From NCBI GenBank assembly GCA_033813635.1, contig JAPXRI010000005.1, positions 43,941 through 107,940 on the forward strand: 64,000 nucleotides of DNA. Reading direction: 5' to 3'. The position numbers and the translations under genes were made by a program. Positions 54,574 to 63,185 of this stretch are shown here, piece by piece. Under the pieces are notes generated by a model, which saw nothing but the letters and a program-made list of their open reading frames with translations, was not told the DNA's origin and made no database searches. The DNA comes from Bacillota bacterium. Lineage in GTDB: Bacteria > Bacillota > Clostridia > Oscillospirales > QAMX01. Every line of letters begins with the position of its first letter. Positions within the stretch are counted from its first letter, which is position 1.

Positions 54574-55212
54574 CTACAATTCAAGATAGGAAAAAAGAAT
54601 TCCGGCGATATAGCGGTGTCCGCGCTCGTTTGGGTGCAGAGCGTCGTTCATCAGTGGTAAGTGGGTGATTTTACCAGAATCGATATCATCTTCCCAAACC
54701 CTATATACATCGCAGAGCGGGATGCCGTCGTCCTCCGCGGCTTTACGGAAGGTTTTTATATACTCGGGATAGCTTCTGCGGCCTTCAAGCTGGGGAACAT
54801 GCAGTGCGAAATCAAACGGCGGAGGGGTAATAAAAAGCAGCTCAGCCCCGGCGGCGCGCACGCTTCCCGCAATAGTCCGAAGGTTATCGCGAAAATTTTC
54901 GAGCCCGTCCGAGCCCCGGCAGGCGTCATTTACGCCGGCCATCAGCGTTACGAGATCCGGGCGAAGGCTTAAAACATCCGTTTCAAGCCGTTTTATCATA
55001 TCGGTTGTGTTGTCGCCGCCGACACCCGCGTTGAACACGAATGCGGATTTTTTTATGTTCAGCCTGACATACGGTTCAATCAGTTTTTCAGAGAGCAGGG
55101 CGGCGTAGTTTGAAAAACCGTTTGAGGTGCTGTTTTGCTCGGTTATCGAGTCGCCGAGGCAGACAATCAGAGCATGCCCGCCGTTTTTAATTTTTTCGAT
55201 TGTCCTAAGCAT
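54574..55212 (-). CDS. SGNH/GDSL-family hydrolase (esterase)
   Basis: Block I LIVCLGDSITE, block III GVGGDNT and block V NDALHPN. Confidence 0.8.
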   Translation of the reverse strand: MLRTIEKIKNGGHALIVCLGDSITEQNSTSNGFSNYAALLSEKLIEPYVRLNIKKSAFVFNAGVGGDNTTDMIKRLETDVLSLRPDLVTLMAGVNDACRGSDGLENFRDNLRTIAGSVRAAGAELLFITPPPFDFALHVPQLEGRRSYPEYIKTFRKAAEDDGIPLCDVYRVWEDDIDSGKITHLPLMNDALHPNERGHRYIAGILFSYLEL

Positions 55213-55224
55213 GTTTTCGCTCCT

Positions 55225-56679
55225 TTACGCAAAATCCGCGCCGGCGGCGGAGGCCACTTTAAAAACCGTGTCCTCGGGCTTTTCGTACGGGTCCCAGAGC
55301 GTTTCGGCCATAAGCGCGGCCGGGAGCCACTGTTTTTCCTCCCAGAGACCGTCCTCCACAAGGGAGGTGACGGTCAGCCTTTTTGCGCTGCTCCTCACGG
55401 CCGCTTTGACGACCTCCTGAGCGGCCGCGAGGTTCTTAAGCCAGAAGCTCTGCTCATAGCGGATGTAGGGCTTTATCTCCCCGGCGCGCTTTTTCCTGAA
55501 TGCTTTGTCGCTCTCGCCTAGAATGAACGGGCCCTTCTGCGGCTCGAATTCCGGCCAGTAAAGCGAGCATATGCCCTTCAGGACCATACCGAAATCCTCG
55601 TTATCACCCCGGAGACCGGCTATTTTCGATGTGAACGAAACGGTTCCGGCGACGTCGTCGATCTGGCCGGCGTGGTAGGCAAACGGGAAGCTTCCGGCGT
55701 CCTCCCAGGTGATTGTGATGCGCGGGTCGACCGCGGCGAGCTCGCGGAAGTTGCTTTTTACCGCAGTCGCGTGGAGTCCGAATTGAATCCACAGATCGGG
55801 GTACCGGTCAAGCAGCGCTCTTCCGATTCGGTTTACCCAGTTCGTCACGCCGACGGCGATCGGCACGCCGTCGATGTTTTTTTCATCGCACTCCGTCGAG
55901 GTCTGGAAATAGATTCCATCGCCGCCGAGGTCCGCGTATTCGTTCTGATAACGCTTTACGACGGTGCGCGTCCATTTGGCAACTTCCTCCTCGCTCCCGA
56001 AGTGCATATCTTCGCCGGTTCCCCAGCCCCAGGAAAAGCCCCAAATAACCTTAACGCCGCGCGCGTGCGCGTATTCTATGATGTCGCGGGCGTTCACAGG
56101 CGCGAAATCATTCCATAAAATAAGTGTGTTAAGCTTCCATCTGCTCATGTTGTCGATATAACCGCGGTAGTCGTATACCACATGTCCCCAGGTCCAGAGT
56201 CCGCGGTTTTCAACGGCGGGCGCGGATGACAGCGAAAAGTCCGGAACGGCGTCGATAAACGGCCTTGTCTGTCTGGCCCTGTAGTCGCCGGAGAAAATCA
56301 ACTGGTCGGCATAGCGGCGCTCAAAGTCGCGGACGCCGTACAAAACGCCGAGGGCGTCGGCGCCGGCGATTGCGATTGCTTTGTAACCTTCGCAATACGG
56401 GCTCTCGCAGACCCTGATCGCGTACCCCTGGGGTTTTAGATTAAGCGTGACGAGCTTTTTATCGGCGAGGTCGCCGATAAACCGGTTGGATTCCGCCGTC
56501 CCCAGAAAAATGAGGTTTTTATCCTTCGGCAACTCCTCGGCGGAGTACGAGACCGTCAGGACATAGGGGACATATTTCTGTATGACTTTATAGAGCTCGT
56601 TTGCGGCGTATTTTTCGACTCCGGCATAACTCCCGAAGACGATGTGCCATCTTTTTTCGGAAAAACCTTTTACACCCAT
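55225..56679 (-). CDS. Putative glycoside hydrolase (GH20b/GH67N-like N-domain plus TIM-barrel-like core), signal-less
   Basis: 484 aa. The N-terminal pattern is …IVFGSYAGVEKYAANELYKVIQKY…IFLGT…, followed by RGLWTWGH. The family is not verified. Confidence 0.45.
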   Translation of the reverse strand: MGVKGFSEKRWHIVFGSYAGVEKYAANELYKVIQKYVPYVLTVSYSAEELPKDKNLIFLGTAESNRFIGDLADKKLVTLNLKPQGYAIRVCESPYCEGYKAIAIAGADALGVLYGVRDFERRYADQLIFSGDYRARQTRPFIDAVPDFSLSSAPAVENRGLWTWGHVVYDYRGYIDNMSRWKLNTLILWNDFAPVNARDIIEYAHARGVKVIWGFSWGWGTGEDMHFGSEEEVAKWTRTVVKRYQNEYADLGGDGIYFQTSTECDEKNIDGVPIAVGVTNWVNRIGRALLDRYPDLWIQFGLHATAVKSNFRELAAVDPRITITWEDAGSFPFAYHAGQIDDVAGTVSFTSKIAGLRGDNEDFGMVLKGICSLYWPEFEPQKGPFILGESDKAFRKKRAGEIKPYIRYEQSFWLKNLAAAQEVVKAAVRSSAKRLTVTSLVEDGLWEEKQWLPAALMAETLWDPYEKPEDTVFKVASAAGADFA

Positions 56680-56699
56680 TATAGTTCCTTTCTTGTATC

Positions 56700-58103
56700 T
56701 CAGACGTTGAGAGCGTAAAGCTCCCCGTTTTGCAACTCAAGCTCGGCATAAGCCTTTTTGCCGATAAACGGGCTAAAATCGATATCCGGGACGATGTCCG
56801 TCCCGTCGCCCTCGGCGGTTCCGGACACGGCAGCGTTACCGGAAATCAGCCTTACGCCGATTTTTCCCACCATGTTGAGGGACAAAGGCCCGCTTATATC
56901 GAACGGAACGGTCGTGATTTTTCCACCTTTGAGTGAGGCAAAGCCGTCTTTTCTCATCCAGGCTCTGCCTATGTTCCCTCTGACTATTCCGGTGTCGGTC
57001 ACCTTGTGGTCGTGGCTCTGCGCGCCGTAGTATAGACACATTCTCCCTCCGATATCCTCAAAGAAGACCGTCGGGAGCACCATGCCGGCGTCCCACTCGC
57101 CGGGCTTGCCGCAGCAAAGCGCGAAGTCGCCGCGGTTTACCGAAAAATCGACGCCGTCGTACGACCAGGCCAGAAGCGGGCGGATATGCCCGTGAAGGCC
57201 GTTGAAGTGGTTCAGATGGGCGATATACATGCCGTTATAGAGCTGAACGGTCATGCCGTAGGTCTGGTCGCCGAGCGGCGCGCCCTCGGGCGGCTCGATA
57301 ATGACTTTTTCATTATACCAGTCAATAAAATTATCGCTCTCGGCGCGGGCGATCACGCGTATCATCGTGACGCTTTTGTTCGCGATTCCGCCTCCGCCGT
57401 CGTCGGGTGAGTCGCCCTCGAATCTCAGCGTAACGTCGATCTGTTTTTTCTCGGGCAGGACGGCGAGGCCACTGGCCCGGAATGTGTTGCCCTCAATCGC
57501 CGGATCAAAGGCCGGGAAATACGCCTGGAAAGCCGAGCCGTCAAGCGCCGTTCCGGCGACCTTCCAGAGCTTGTAGTACATCACATATTTTTGCTTTAAA
57601 CCATCCCACATGCAAAACACGACGTCGCTTGCGAGGACGCGGTAAGGGTTGCCCTCGAAGCTTTCCCAGTGTTCCGCGTCCTCGGAGCGTTTGAAGCCGA
57701 TGCGAAACGGCTTGTCCTTTGTCTCGCGGTAGACTGCCGCGCCGAGGTATCTGTATTTTCCGAAACGGAGACCTTCGTCGTAGAAACACGCGCAGCACTG
57801 CGCGCCGTCGTCAATCGCATCGGTCATTACAGGATGCCTTTCCCAGTTAAGCCCGTCCCGGGAGGTCATAAAACCGGCGGGGTAGTCGCTATTTTTACCG
57901 CCGAACGAACCTGCCCACATTCCGTATAAGCCGTTTTCATTCCTGAATGCTGACGGGGCATAGGAGCCGATCCCCTCCCAATCAAATTTCTTGGTGATCA
58001 CAGGGTTTTCAGGGTCCTTTTCCCAGGGGTGAAAGGCGCGGACGGTGTTCTCCGAGCGGGATAGGTGCCTGTCGTCAAGAAATAAAAGCTTGTTGCCGCT
58101 CAT
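56700..58103 (-). CDS. Putative beta-propeller glycoside hydrolase (GH43/GH130-like), signal-less
   Basis: 467 aa with …WEKDPENPVI…, …MTSRDGLNWERHPV… and repeated W/G blade-like segments. The family is not verified. Confidence 0.45.
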   Translation of the reverse strand: MSGNKLLFLDDRHLSRSENTVRAFHPWEKDPENPVITKKFDWEGIGSYAPSAFRNENGLYGMWAGSFGGKNSDYPAGFMTSRDGLNWERHPVMTDAIDDGAQCCACFYDEGLRFGKYRYLGAAVYRETKDKPFRIGFKRSEDAEHWESFEGNPYRVLASDVVFCMWDGLKQKYVMYYKLWKVAGTALDGSAFQAYFPAFDPAIEGNTFRASGLAVLPEKKQIDVTLRFEGDSPDDGGGGIANKSVTMIRVIARAESDNFIDWYNEKVIIEPPEGAPLGDQTYGMTVQLYNGMYIAHLNHFNGLHGHIRPLLAWSYDGVDFSVNRGDFALCCGKPGEWDAGMVLPTVFFEDIGGRMCLYYGAQSHDHKVTDTGIVRGNIGRAWMRKDGFASLKGGKITTVPFDISGPLSLNMVGKIGVRLISGNAAVSGTAEGDGTDIVPDIDFSPFIGKKAYAELELQNGELYALNV

Positions 58104-58116
58104 AATATCATCCTCT

Positions 58117-58171
58117 CCGTTAGAATCAAGTTATATTATATACCGAAGGAAGATCCGAACAATTCTAACGG
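58117..58171. promoter_or_regulatory. Perfect 10-bp inverted repeat bracketing a candidate promoter
   Basis: CCGTTAGAAT (58117-58126) and ATTCTAACGG (58162-58171). On the minus strand they flank TTGTTC-16 nt-TATAAT, just upstream of the RBS of the 58103 gene. Confidence 0.4.
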
Positions 58172-58273
58172 TGGACATAATAAGTAAAAATATGTCCGGA
58201 TTTAGTAATTTATTCTGGAACTGCAGGGCGTTTTATGGTATAGTGGTCGTAAAAAAAGCGGGGGCGAGCGGAA

Positions 58274-59215
58274 ATGAGACCGCCTTATACCGGCGAAGAG
58301 ACAATCAATTTCAAAGAGCTTTCGGTCAACGTGGAAAATATTAAGGTGTCGGTTCTGACGGATAAGGGGCTTTTCGACGAGATGCGCGAAGAGGGTCAAG
58401 GCCAGGGGGACACGCATGTCCACGCCTATTACGAGGCGTTCTTGGTAAAGGAAGGGCATTTGTCGATAAAAACGACCGACGCGAGCCTTGAGCTGTACGA
58501 AAACGATTTCGCGATAATCATGCCCGGGGTCTACCATTACACGGCAATGCAGGAGAAGAACACGAAAAGGTACTCGCTCGGCTTTACTTATAAGAAAAAC
58601 AGTTCGGAAAAAGCGGAGGATCTGTACACGGATTTTGACAGGGTGATGAGGGAGAGCGCCGCCAAAAATCAGGAGACAAAGCCCAACCGCGCAGTATGCG
58701 TGCACTCGACGAATATCCGGTCGGCGCTGGACAGGCTTTATGGTTATTATATGTCCGGTTCAGTTCTGAAATGGCAGTATGTGAAGGCCTGCATAAACGA
58801 GCTTGTGCTTTTGATATACGAGGAGCTGTCTAAAAAGGATTTTGTGCCGAACATGGACGAGATTCTGGGCGACAACTCGCTGGCGCGCTCGTACAAGATC
58901 GAGTACATCGTAAACAAGTACTATATGTACGACATCTCGGCGGCCTTTATCGCGGAAAAGCTGTTTTTAAGCGAAAAGCAGGTCAACCGCATTGTAAAAA
59001 AGCTTTACAACCAGACTTTCGGGCAGAAGATAACAGCGCTCCGCATGAAGGTGGCGTCGCAGTACCTCGCCGAGACGTCGATGACGGTTTCCGAGATAGC
59101 GGGGCGGGTCGGGTACACGTCGCTCTGCGGGTTTTACAGCGCTTTTAGAAAATACTGCGGCTGTACGCCGGGAGAATTCAGGAGAGAGGCGTCGGATTCG
59201 AAGCTAGACGATTAA
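58274..59215 (+). CDS. AraC-family transcriptional regulator
   Basis: C-terminal AraC HTH (…ISAAFIAEKLFLSEKQVNRIVKK…GYTSLCGFYSAFRKYCGCTPGEFR). It is divergent from the four-gene operon. Confidence 0.85.
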   Translation: MRPPYTGEETINFKELSVNVENIKVSVLTDKGLFDEMREEGQGQGDTHVHAYYEAFLVKEGHLSIKTTDASLELYENDFAIIMPGVYHYTAMQEKNTKRYSLGFTYKKNSSEKAEDLYTDFDRVMRESAAKNQETKPNRAVCVHSTNIRSALDRLYGYYMSGSVLKWQYVKACINELVLLIYEELSKKDFVPNMDEILGDNSLARSYKIEYIVNKYYMYDISAAFIAEKLFLSEKQVNRIVKKLYNQTFGQKITALRMKVASQYLAETSMTVSEIAGRVGYTSLCGFYSAFRKYCGCTPGEFRREASDSKLDD

Positions 59216-59298
59216 AATTCTGCATTTTTACGGTGAACTCGATAAGATGTTTCCCATAATGAAAGCGCGGGCCCGCTTTAACGGGTCCGCGCTTTCTA

Positions 59299-61194
59299 TT
59301 ATTTCCAGGGCTCAAAGTTCAGTCTGTCTGAGTAATCCTTGCAGATGTCGTTATCCCATTTCAGCTGATCGCGGTATAGAAACACCAGGTTTCCGGGCTC
59401 GTTGCCCGTCGCTATATCAAGCCTGCCGTCGCCGTCAAGATCGGCGCACCAGGGGGAGGCCTTATGTCCCCCGTGAAACCCGATCAGGCTGCCGTCCTTC
59501 CAGGTGATCAGGCGGGCATGCTCGAAGCGTGGGTTTTCGTTTGTCCCGGCGTTCCTGAGCCAGAAAAGCGAGGTGGTCCTCGGGAAGAACAGGTTGAAGG
59601 CCGGGTTGTTTTTCGCCGGTGTACCTGCGACAATATCCTTTATCCCGTCGCCGTCCCAGTCACAGACATAAAAGACCGTCCGGCCGAGCAGCGCGCTGTG
59701 GGACGAGCCCCGCACCGCCGTACCGCAGGTATAGCGGACAAGAGCACCCGAGGAGAGCTCCAAAGGCTTGTCCGGATTTTTACGGGCAAACTGCAGTAAA
59801 CCGTCGATATTCAGGAATAAAAGGGTGTCGCGATCCCACATCGCCGGGCGGGAGCGCCAGGCCCCGGTCATCGGAGAACCGTCAAGCATAAGTCTCCGGG
59901 GCGCGGCGAAGTCCGGCCGGCGCGAGTCCGAAAGGTTTTCGTAGATCAGGTATTCGCCGCGGATGTCGTTTGTAAGCATATCCAGACGGCCGCGGCCGAA
60001 CCAATCGGTGAGCAGCGGGTTAACATAGCCCCAGCGGGCCTCTTCCGGTCCCTGAATAGAGCCGGAATACCCGGCCTGGTGATGGATAAGCTCTCCGCCG
60101 GCGGAAAGGCGGACACCCGGACGGTAGGTCTCGCCGTCTATATGCTCGAAAAACCACACATATCCGCTGGCATCGCCGACGACCGCGTCCCGCTCCGGCG
60201 TCAGGCAGGGAACGGACAGCGTTTCAACGCGCAGAGGTTCGTCTTCGGCCTCGAACGGGGTCAGTTCCTTCCAGAGTCCGCCGGACCTGTCCAGCGAAAA
60301 TACGATGCCGGGATTGCCGCTGGCCACGATTTCCTCCTCGCCGTCGCCGTCGATATCGCAGGGACACATCGCCACGGTGAAATAGCCGCGCAGCAGCGGG
60401 CTGTCCGTCAGGGGATACATTGTGTCGACTACTCTTTCTCCGTCCGCTCTGATGTAGTAGAGCCTGTCGACATCGGCGGAGAAGACCAGCTCCTTTTTGC
60501 CGTCGCCGTCGGCGTCGATCAGGATCGGACAGAGGCGAGGGTTATCGGTGGCGTAGGAAAAGATCTCGCGCGGTGTGCCGAATTCCGGTTTTTCGGTATT
60601 TTCGCACGGGACGAAGTAAATTCTTGAGACGATTTTTTCGCCGAGCCATTTTCCGCTTGCGTCATAGCCCCGTCCGTAGCCCATCAGAGGGTGCTCCAGC
60701 AGGACGCGGCCCATAAATTTCTTCCCGGGAAACGAGCGGAGCGCGTATTTGTCGGCATTGGGGCCCGCATTGTCGGACAGGTTATAGGCGGCGAAATAAA
60801 AGCCGCCCTTTCCGGGACAAAAGCCGGTCAGCTCGCGTCGGCTGCCGGACCGGTCGCTCCGAAACGCTTCAGGAAACGGGACGCGGAAGCGCTCGGCAAA
60901 CGAGAAATTTTCACCGTCCGGAACTACGTCGTAGGCGATAAAGGTGTTTTTTACGGCATCGGCGGTAAGAAACCGTCTTTTTCCGATCCATGCGGGCATT
61001 TTTCCGTTGATCGCGAAGGCGTCTCCGGCGCGGAAGACGCTCTCCCCGCGGGCCCGCGCGTAGGGCCGTACGGTTTTAGCCGTGAAATACAGGATGACAT
61101 CCCGCGTCTCCTCGCGGAAAGCGAGGAGTTCGGCGGAAAGTCCGCGACCCATCTCACTAATGCCCCTGATATGCGCAACGTGAAGCTTAGCCAT
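59299..61194 (-). CDS. FG-GAP/VCBS-repeat beta-propeller protein, signal-less
   Basis: The start is trimmed to MAKLHVAH (RBS AAAGGAGAA). It has four Ca-loop-like repeats: DADGDGKKELV, DIDGDGEEEIV, DWDGDGIKDIV and DLDGDGRLDIA. Confidence 0.65.
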   Translation of the reverse strand: MAKLHVAHIRGISEMGRGLSAELLAFREETRDVILYFTAKTVRPYARARGESVFRAGDAFAINGKMPAWIGKRRFLTADAVKNTFIAYDVVPDGENFSFAERFRVPFPEAFRSDRSGSRRELTGFCPGKGGFYFAAYNLSDNAGPNADKYALRSFPGKKFMGRVLLEHPLMGYGRGYDASGKWLGEKIVSRIYFVPCENTEKPEFGTPREIFSYATDNPRLCPILIDADGDGKKELVFSADVDRLYYIRADGERVVDTMYPLTDSPLLRGYFTVAMCPCDIDGDGEEEIVASGNPGIVFSLDRSGGLWKELTPFEAEDEPLRVETLSVPCLTPERDAVVGDASGYVWFFEHIDGETYRPGVRLSAGGELIHHQAGYSGSIQGPEEARWGYVNPLLTDWFGRGRLDMLTNDIRGEYLIYENLSDSRRPDFAAPRRLMLDGSPMTGAWRSRPAMWDRDTLLFLNIDGLLQFARKNPDKPLELSSGALVRYTCGTAVRGSSHSALLGRTVFYVCDWDGDGIKDIVAGTPAKNNPAFNLFFPRTTSLFWLRNAGTNENPRFEHARLITWKDGSLIGFHGGHKASPWCADLDGDGRLDIATGNEPGNLVFLYRDQLKWDNDICKDYSDRLNFEPWK

Positions 61195-61380
61195 ATTTTT
61201 CTCCTTTAACACTGCGATATGCGCCGATATACCGGCAACGGATTTCATTTTTTTCGCTTTAAACCCGGATTTTATTATATGCGGCGCCCGGAGGTTTTTC
61301 AAGATTTAAAGAAGCGCGGACGAACGCTGCGCTGTCACAAAATCCCCGGATAAGAGTAAAATGATAAAGAGGTGAAAACA

Positions 61381-61821
61381 GTGGATACGAGAGAGCTGTT
61401 TGCCCGAGTCATTAAATGCGAAGCGGGCGGAGAGGGCGACGCCGGGATGAGGGCTGTCGCCACGGTGGTGATGAACCGCGTCAGGGTGCCCTATGGGGAG
61501 TACAGAAAGGTCAACAGGGGCAGTCTTCGCAGAGTAATTGAACAGATATGTCAGTTTTCATGTTATAAAACTGTTATAGGCGGGGTGGCGAACATACAGA
61601 ACGTCTGGACCGCCACGCCGGAGTACGTCCACTATCAGATCGCGGACTGGGCGATCAACGGGGGCATCTATACCGGCGCAGGCTCGCTGAGCCTGTGGTA
61701 TATGAATCCGTTTTCGCCGAGATGCCCGAACCCGTTCCCCTATAACGGAACCGGATACTGGTTCACGAGAATCAACCAGCACTGCTTTTACAATCCCACG
61801 GCGGCTTATGCGCAAACTTAA
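61381..61821 (+). CDS. Spore cortex-lytic cell-wall hydrolase (CwlJ/SleB catalytic domain)
   Basis: …IKCEAGGEGDAGMRAVATVVMNRV… is the Hydrolase_2 signature. The start is GTG 61381 or 61372. Confidence 0.8.
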   Translation: MDTRELFARVIKCEAGGEGDAGMRAVATVVMNRVRVPYGEYRKVNRGSLRRVIEQICQFSCYKTVIGGVANIQNVWTATPEYVHYQIADWAINGGIYTGAGSLSLWYMNPFSPRCPNPFPYNGTGYWFTRINQHCFYNPTAAYAQT

Positions 61822-61845
61822 AACGCGGAGGTGTTTTTTTAATTA

Positions 61846-62244
61846 ATGGCCAGCAGTATCAGTTGGGTAGGCAACAAGGTGCTCGATCCGAACGCGCAGT
61901 ACCGGCCCGCGCAGAACGTTGCACAGGCGGAGCCGGAGACAAAAAAGTGTTCGGCGGATGCGGACAGTCTTCCGACGCAGAGAGATATCGTCGATGAAGA
62001 CAATCTGACGCAGCAGGGGCCTCCTCCCTCGACGGAAAGAGGCTACATACCCTATTATCTCGCGAGCAACATAGGAAAAAACGTGCGGGCCGAGTTCATC
62101 ATCGGCACCAGTCAATACGTAGATAAGACCGGAAAGCTTATCGAGGTGGGCATCAACTATTTTGTGCTTGAAGACGTTAACGCGCGCACCCATACCATGT
62201 GCGACCTTTACTCGGTCAAATTTGTAACCGTACTGCAGCAGTAG
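61846..62244 (+). CDS. GerQ-like spore coat protein
   Basis: The C-terminal half (GYIPYYLASNIGKNVRAEFIIG…GKLIEVGINYFVLED…) resembles B. subtilis GerQ (YwdL). It lies next to the cwlJ-like gene. Confidence 0.6.
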   Translation: MASSISWVGNKVLDPNAQYRPAQNVAQAEPETKKCSADADSLPTQRDIVDEDNLTQQGPPPSTERGYIPYYLASNIGKNVRAEFIIGTSQYVDKTGKLIEVGINYFVLEDVNARTHTMCDLYSVKFVTVLQQ

Positions 62245-62252
62245 GATAAAAA

Positions 62253-62282
62253 AAGCCCGGGCTTAAAGCCGGGGCTTTTCAT
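62253..62282 (+). terminator. Imperfect hairpin with a T-run
   Basis: AAGCCCGGGC-ttaaa-GCCGGGGCTT followed by TTC. It lies between convergent genes. Confidence 0.45.
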
Positions 62283-62298
62283 ATGGTCAAATCGGGTT

Positions 62299-62823
62299 TT
62301 ATTTCGATAAATCATCCTGCCGCGGCTGTCGTAGGTTAGCGGCGTTTGACAGTGCCCTTTGGAATTCCGCGGCGAGCAGCTCCGCCGCGCTTTTCACCTC
62401 GCCGCACATACTCAGGCCCTGGTCGGTGCATTTCGGCTGTATGCCGATAAAGACCACCTCGCAGCCGATTTCCAGCTTCAGATAATTGAGCAGTATCGGA
62501 AGCGGCAGCATGTGCGTGGAAAAGGATATGCCGCCGATATCGCCGGCCGGCACCACGCCGATCTCTCCGGGAGGGGAGCCCATCATCGCAGCGTCCACGA
62601 GAAAGAGCTTATCCGGTCTATAGCGCTTGATAACGCCGGTGAAGTTCTCCGGGGCGGTTGAACCCTGGATGACCAGCACGCCGGAGTCCCGCGCAGTCTC
62701 CCCGAGAATTTTCGCAACATGCATGCCAGCGGCGTCGTCCGACCTCAGTTCGGAGCCGATGCCCATCACCGCATATTTTCGTCCGGGACGGATGCTTTCG
62801 GACAGATAGGCGCGGATATCCAT
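62299..62823 (-). CDS. [NiFe]-hydrogenase maturation endopeptidase (HycI/HyaD family)
   Basis: The start is trimmed to MDIRAYL (ATG 62823, overlapping the upstream stop as TGATG). Motifs: VMGIGSELRSDDAAG, FLVDA and STH. Confidence 0.75.
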   Translation of the reverse strand: MDIRAYLSESIRPGRKYAVMGIGSELRSDDAAGMHVAKILGETARDSGVLVIQGSTAPENFTGVIKRYRPDKLFLVDAAMMGSPPGEIGVVPAGDIGGISFSTHMLPLPILLNYLKLEIGCEVVFIGIQPKCTDQGLSMCGEVKSAAELLAAEFQRALSNAANLRQPRQDDLSK

Positions 62824-63185
62824 CAGAGCTGCACCTTGAGATCGTCCCTGTCGAGGCTTGCGAGATCGATGTTCTGGCTGCAGGAGAGGCATTTTTTTGG
62901 ACAGGTGTCCACGCATTGGCAGCAGAAAATACAGTGCCCTACATTCAGCACAGCTTTCATTTTTTTATCTTCCTTGGTCCCCTCGTTGATTATCCTGATC
63001 GCGCCGGCGGGGCAGTCCTTCATGCACAGCCCGCAGCCTATGCAGTTTGTCGGGTCGTAGTTCAGTCTTCCCCGGTAGTTTTTGACAATCTCCATTTTTC
63101 CCTTAGGATACGCTATCGTCGCGGGTTTTTTAAATAAATGCCCTATCGCTTTTTTCGTTATGATTCCGGGCCGTTTAAATTTCAT
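62823..63185 (-). CDS. 2x[4Fe-4S] ferredoxin-type hydrogenase subunit (EchF/HycF/NuoI-like)
   Basis: Two cluster motifs, CIGCGLCMKDCP and CIFCCQCVDTCP. An ATGA overlap joins it to the upstream gene. Confidence 0.75.
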   Translation of the reverse strand: MKFKRPGIITKKAIGHLFKKPATIAYPKGKMEIVKNYRGRLNYDPTNCIGCGLCMKDCPAGAIRIINEGTKEDKKMKAVLNVGHCIFCCQCVDTCPKKCLSCSQNIDLASLDRDDLKVQL

